Shown: one piece after another, positions 59,350 to 64,000 of the stretch
How positions within the stretch are numbered: the stretch's first letter is position 1
Layout of the letters: the number at the start of each line of letters is the position of its first letter
NCBI RefSeq assembly: GCF_009914755.1
Contig: NC_060929.1
Length of the DNA stretch: 64,000 nt
Source of the DNA: the human T2T-CHM13v2.0 reference genome, Homo sapiens
Reading direction: 5' to 3' (one strand)
Program-made: the position numbers and the translations under genes
The notes under the pieces: generated by a model
What the model was told of the DNA's origin: nothing
Databases searched by the model: none
The model's input: only the letters and a program-made list of their open reading frames with translations

Positions 59350-60768
59350 TCTCTCACAATAAATTTAACCTATATTTTCTCATTATTTTTTCATAGTTTT
59401 GGAAGTAGGGAAAAATATATGGTAACCGAGTGCTTTACAAAATTTCTTATTAAAACGAGTATAGGAAAATTGATATAATTAGAAATTAAAATTTAAAATT
59501 AAGGCATGACTACAACTGTAAAAAAGAATAGCCCATGTATAATTTGATGGTTCGAAAAATTACCACAGCTATATTAATAATTAGAATAATTATATGTCTG
59601 CAAGTTAACATTTTGCTACTCCCAATATACTTCAACGCTGATCTGATATTTTAAGGAAGTAGCTATGTAAAGTTTACTGAGGTCATATGGAAAAAATATA
59701 TATATGGGCAAATATACATACATGTATGTGCATGCCAGTTTTAACAAGTGGCTAAAATTGAAATTCCTTGCTGGCAAAGTAGAGTCTATCTCTTAGTTTT
59801 CCTTCTTTGCCCCTATCACCTTACATTAAGAACTACTTTTATTACTTTTATGTATAATTGTGGTGAAATGTTATTTACATTTCTACTTAGATATTGCATT
59901 TGTAACTCACACACTTCCTTTAAACCACCAAATACTCCATTGTTTTGCTGGATTTATTAAGAGTAAAAATATATTTAGGCTTCTAATATTACAAAAATTA
60001 TTAAATATTTCAAGGCATAAATATGTTCAGTAAACATTTTAGCTGTAACAAATACATTTTAGTTTAGTTCTGTGAATCAGATGTAAACGTTTTTAAAAGG
60101 GGTGGTTTAGCACTTTTTAAAAACTTAATATTAAGCCTAATTTAAAATTATAAGCAATAGATATCACGCTCAATTTAAATTCCCTTCATGATAGAAAAAT
60201 CATATTTCCTGATTCTAACTTTCTTAGCTAAAAATAATAAAAGTTTACTTCTGAAAGATCATAGTTAAAATCTAATTAGCAGGAAGGTTTCCCTTAGAAG
60301 ATGGAGCCTCCTCGCATCTGGATTAGAGGGAAGAGCTTATACTGGGCTCGCTTTACACACACCTGCATCATACCTGTGGGTGGTCTGGACATATATTTGT
60401 ACCTCAGCTTTTGGTGTTCTCATTTACACATTCCATGGCAATCAAATTGCATTTTATGTTCAAAATGATCATTCTTTTGCTAATGCATGAATACATATCC
60501 ATTATATGCATCACCTACAGTATCCCCTTTCCTTTCTGACCACCCCCATCCAATTTATTAGTTTGGTATTGTCCTCGTTTGATCTTTTAAAGAAAGGAAG
60601 GAAGAAAGAATCAGAAAGAATGAAAGAAAGCGCCATTTTCAATAAGTAGATGATCAAAAATTCCAGTCTTCCCCCCTCCATACCTTTAAAGTTTATTTGA
60701 ATTTACTTAGATGTTTTACAGATATAATCAGGTCTTCCCAGAGGGATTAATCTTTTCTTGCTTTTTAC

Positions 60769-60843
60769 CTGTTTAGAGAGTCTGTTTTCCTCTTCAATGT
60801 ACTTCTGTTCTTTGGGTATTAATGTTCGTAAGCTGGCTTTCAC
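60769..60843 (-). CDS. MCTP1: MCTP1 coding exon (75 nt): VKASLRTLIPKEQKYIEEENRLSKQ
   Basis: Acceptor tatAG at 60845-60844, donor CAG|GTaaaa at 60768. Phase 0-0 open frame matching the MCTP linker. Confidence 0.93.
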
Positions 60844-61223
60844 CTATACATCAACATATGTGTCTGTTATGGATTAATATATTACAAATGTTTACAAGTT
60901 TTTCACGCAGTTCAATTTGCAATAATTTCTAAAGTTTCAAAGTCCTGGCTGCTGTGCTCATAAAATATAAATGTATACAGTTGCACATGCATGCGCTTCC
61001 CTTTCTTATGCCGGTAGACAGCGGCCAGAACACAACCGCAGCAGCATTCGCCAACTATAACAGAAAGTGTGGGTGTGCCAGGCAGTGGCAGAAGCGTATT
61101 CTCCAGGACACATGAAGGTTTAGAGAAAATGAGGAATGACAGAAATTCTCTACAAATCAGGAACAAAAGCTTTCATGAAACTGAACTCTTTAGCAGTACA
61201 AAAAAGCCAAAGTTAAGACTTAC

Positions 61224-61325
61224 AGCATTAAAAATCACATCTATTTCAAGATAGATGACCCCCTTTGTTGGCCCTGTCAGCTGCTTGTTTTTCAAGACGT
61301 AGGCTTTCTGTTCACCATTTTGAAT
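61224..61325 (-). CDS. MCTP1: MCTP1 coding exon (102 nt): IQNGEQKAYVLKNKQLTGPTKGVIYLEIDVIFNA
   Basis: Acceptor ttttcccgcAG, donor GTaagt at 61223. Phase 0-0 open frame continuing the C2 domain (KGVIYLEI strand). Confidence 0.95.
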
Positions 61326-61666
61326 CTGCGGGAAAAGGACATGACAGCCGTCTGTCTCGCGGTCTCTACTGAATACACTCCCTCAGTGACCTTTGACCCC
61401 CAGCTGCTGAAACTGACAGAGAACCCAAAACAACTGTGGCAATTCTGACAAGTACCTGTTCATTACCAGGATCAAGTCTGTCAGGAAAAATTAACTATCA
61501 TGGGATTCAACATGGCCGTGAATTGAGTATGTTAAAATTTTTAGTGTTCTTATTACAGACCTTGGTTGAGAAATGACAGACACAGAGCTGAGAGTTTTCT
61601 TTTCTTTTTTTTTTTTTCCGTGAGCAAAAGCAACACAGAACAGTGTGTCAGGTGAATAAAACTTAC

Positions 61667-61769
61667 AGACAGCAATGGTATAGCAACTTTGCCCAGAAAG
61701 TCAGCACTTCGATCCCGATCTTCATCATAAACTGTCACTTCAAGAACTGAATGGATATCTTTAATGTTG
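61667..61769 (-). CDS. MCTP1: MCTP1 coding exon (103 nt): [34 protein letters not shown], with the C2 Ca2+-binding loop
   Basis: Lies within ORF 61553..61825. Acceptor gcAG at 61771-61770, donor GTaagt at 61666. The VYDED...DFLG motif is typical of C2 domains, and I recognise the peptide as MCTP1. Confidence 0.96.
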
Positions 61770-63490
61770 CTGCATAATAAATATATGTAAGAAAAAAAGA
61801 TTTCATCAGTAGGAAACAACAACAAGAATAGTTTTGAAAATTTAGATAGCTCCAGCTGATTTTGTGTGTGTTTGTAAGCATGCTATTTGCATACACACAT
61901 ATACAAGGTAGCTTGGTATCTGACAGAATTTCCCATAATGCACCTAAGTCAACTATAGTGATGGTTCTATTATCTGTAACTTTAAACACCTTGTAATTTC
62001 AAGTTATCATTTTTTAATGAAATATAATTTCCCATCTGAATGGGCACAGAATAAGTTATTTAAAAAATCAAGAAGTAGCACTGGTGGTTTTTAGACTTTC
62101 CCTTCTTCTAATTATCACAATTCATACCTTCCCATTATCCCTACATAAAACACCACCAGGTTTGATATCAGCAAAAGTTACAGTATATTTTATGTAATTA
62201 CTCTTTTTTATAATAATAGGACATCTCCTGTTTGTTTATAGCTCTCACTAGATCATCGACGTAGTTTCTGTTAGATTTATAGTAAAAATTAACAAGCACA
62301 GAAAACAGAATGGAGAAAATGTAACATATAGTTATTGTACCACCCTGGAATTTAGAAATTAAGCAGGGTTCCATTATGTTCCAAAGACAACATATGTTAA
62401 TAAACGACTGCGTGAGCTCTTCATATTTTTATTTCTGGAAAATAAGTGCAAATTGTTGACAGCATTTATTCTTTGATCAAACTGTTTACCAAGAAAACAT
62501 GAATTAAGAGAAAACAATAAAGTGAATATATTCATTACTGAAAAAATTGCAACCATATGTGAGGAGAGGCTTTATCAGGGCACAATCAATTAATGGCTTT
62601 GATAATAATCAAACCTATTCATTCAGTTACGCATTCTGGAGAAAAACACTCTCCGCAATCTTCTTAGGAGTACAAGTCTCCTGACCAGGCTTTTATCTCT
62701 TATAAAAATGTGGAATTCCTTAAAAATAAATTGGCCAGACAGTTAAAGCTGATTAGTTACCGGTTCTTAAGCAGAGACATAATAAATTGATGAAGAATTT
62801 CGCAGTTTTTCATATACAAAAAAATAGAATTATGTTAGAAAACTTTAAAGAAGTACTTCTGTTTGGAGAATTTTCCTTTGTTCAGAGTTCATTTCAAAAG
62901 CCCTGTTTAAAAAACCGAACTTAGGAGTTACTATAGTGTAGCATTGGCAGCTTTTACAGTGTATGACTGAAAAGGTTTACAAACTTTCTAAAACAAAAGG
63001 AAAATTAACTCATAGGGTATTTTGGTATCTAGGACAATACTTAATATTCTCATTGTGCTAAAATGAAAAGAACCAAAACTAAAGCATCTGCCGAATTCGA
63101 GACTGGATTGTTTGCTGATTTCAGCAATGGAACAAATAGAGCTTTGTCTTCCTTGGTGTCAATGCAATTGGAAAGAATTTCAATAGAAAGTATAAAAGGA
63201 AGAAGCGGTATGGTGATTCAGTTAATGGAAGCAAAATCCTTAGCCAAATCATATAAAAAGCACAGTTTCAAAAAATGTCTGTGAAAACAAAGAAAAATGC
63301 CATACCCTTTCCCCCAGGTTTCACTTTCAGGAAGGTAGGAGGAAAATTCATTGTTGTTAGCAAAGGCAGGCCAGATGCATTGAGTTGTGAATCAGTTAAG
63401 AATAAACACACACATTTTTTTTAAAACCCTCAAAAATAAATCAAATTTAACACAATTTTGGATTCAGAGCCCAAAGAAATGCCTACTTAC

Positions 63491-63593
63491 AACGTGAAGA
63501 CTTTATTCCACTCAGGATTGAGATTTTTGTAGACAGTATGTGTTAGCAGTCTATCGTTGTTCAGTTCTACCACACAAAATGGGTCACTTTTTC
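63491..63593 (-). CDS. MCTP1: MCTP1 coding exon (103 nt), C2 domain: (G)[33 protein letters not shown](F)
   Basis: Manual reverse-complement translation. Acceptor ttgtAG at 63595-63594, donor GTaagt at 63490. Carries the C2 motifs SDPF and LNPEWN. Ends in TT, which joins the C that starts the next exon to make a Phe codon. Confidence 0.95.
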
Positions 63594-64000
63594 CTACAAG
63601 AGATTTTTGGTAAATATTTTTAGTGTACATAGCACCCACAGTTCACAGTGTCAAGATCATGACCATATCTCTTTTGCAAAAAGTTTTATAGTAAACAAAA
63701 AAGTGAAGTACAATTTTAAAAATTAAAAAAAGAAACCACCATCAAAATAGAGTTAGATGTAACTGGTTGATGTTAGCAATTGTTATGATTCATAGCAATT
63801 TAGAGCCTGAAAAAAGTAAAAGAGACAAAATTATATAGCTGGCACTTCAATTTGCAATTTTTTAAAGCAAAAATAATTCTATAACCGGCAATTATGATGG
63901 AGAATGTGATGCATGTCCATCCCTAAATCAGTTTTTATAGAAATCTGTAAGAGCCGTTTGAAAAGTTCAGCCCCTTCACTCTAAGGCATATATTTTTTCA

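Overview
Primate (very probably human) genomic DNA from inside MCTP1 (multiple C2 and transmembrane domain-containing protein 1), which is transcribed on the - strand. Five phase-consistent coding exons with canonical GT/AG sites are packed at 58685-63593. They encode most of the last C2 domain and the linker up to the start of the transmembrane region. The other ~58.7 kb is one long intron with no further MCTP1 coding exon that I can see. The intron is rich in repeats: a near full-length sense-oriented L1PA7/8-type LINE that carries a processed RPL7 pseudogene and splits a MADE1 mariner MITE, itself inside a MIR; a second nested stack (MER5 < L1 < THE1 LTR + AluJ); about nine Alu/FAM copies; MIR, L2 and L1M fossils; and microsatellites. 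I find no new multi-gene system. The best leads are a ~213-bp nested inverted repeat at 39042-39254 that I cannot assign to a repeat family, a candidate in-frame alternative terminal exon with AATAAA at 57515-57655 that would give an MCTP1 isoform without the transmembrane region, and the mariner TIR-flanked L1/RPL7 composite with an intact SETMAR-type site next to the L1 promoter. Subfamily names and the edges of old repeats were judged by eye and are approximate.
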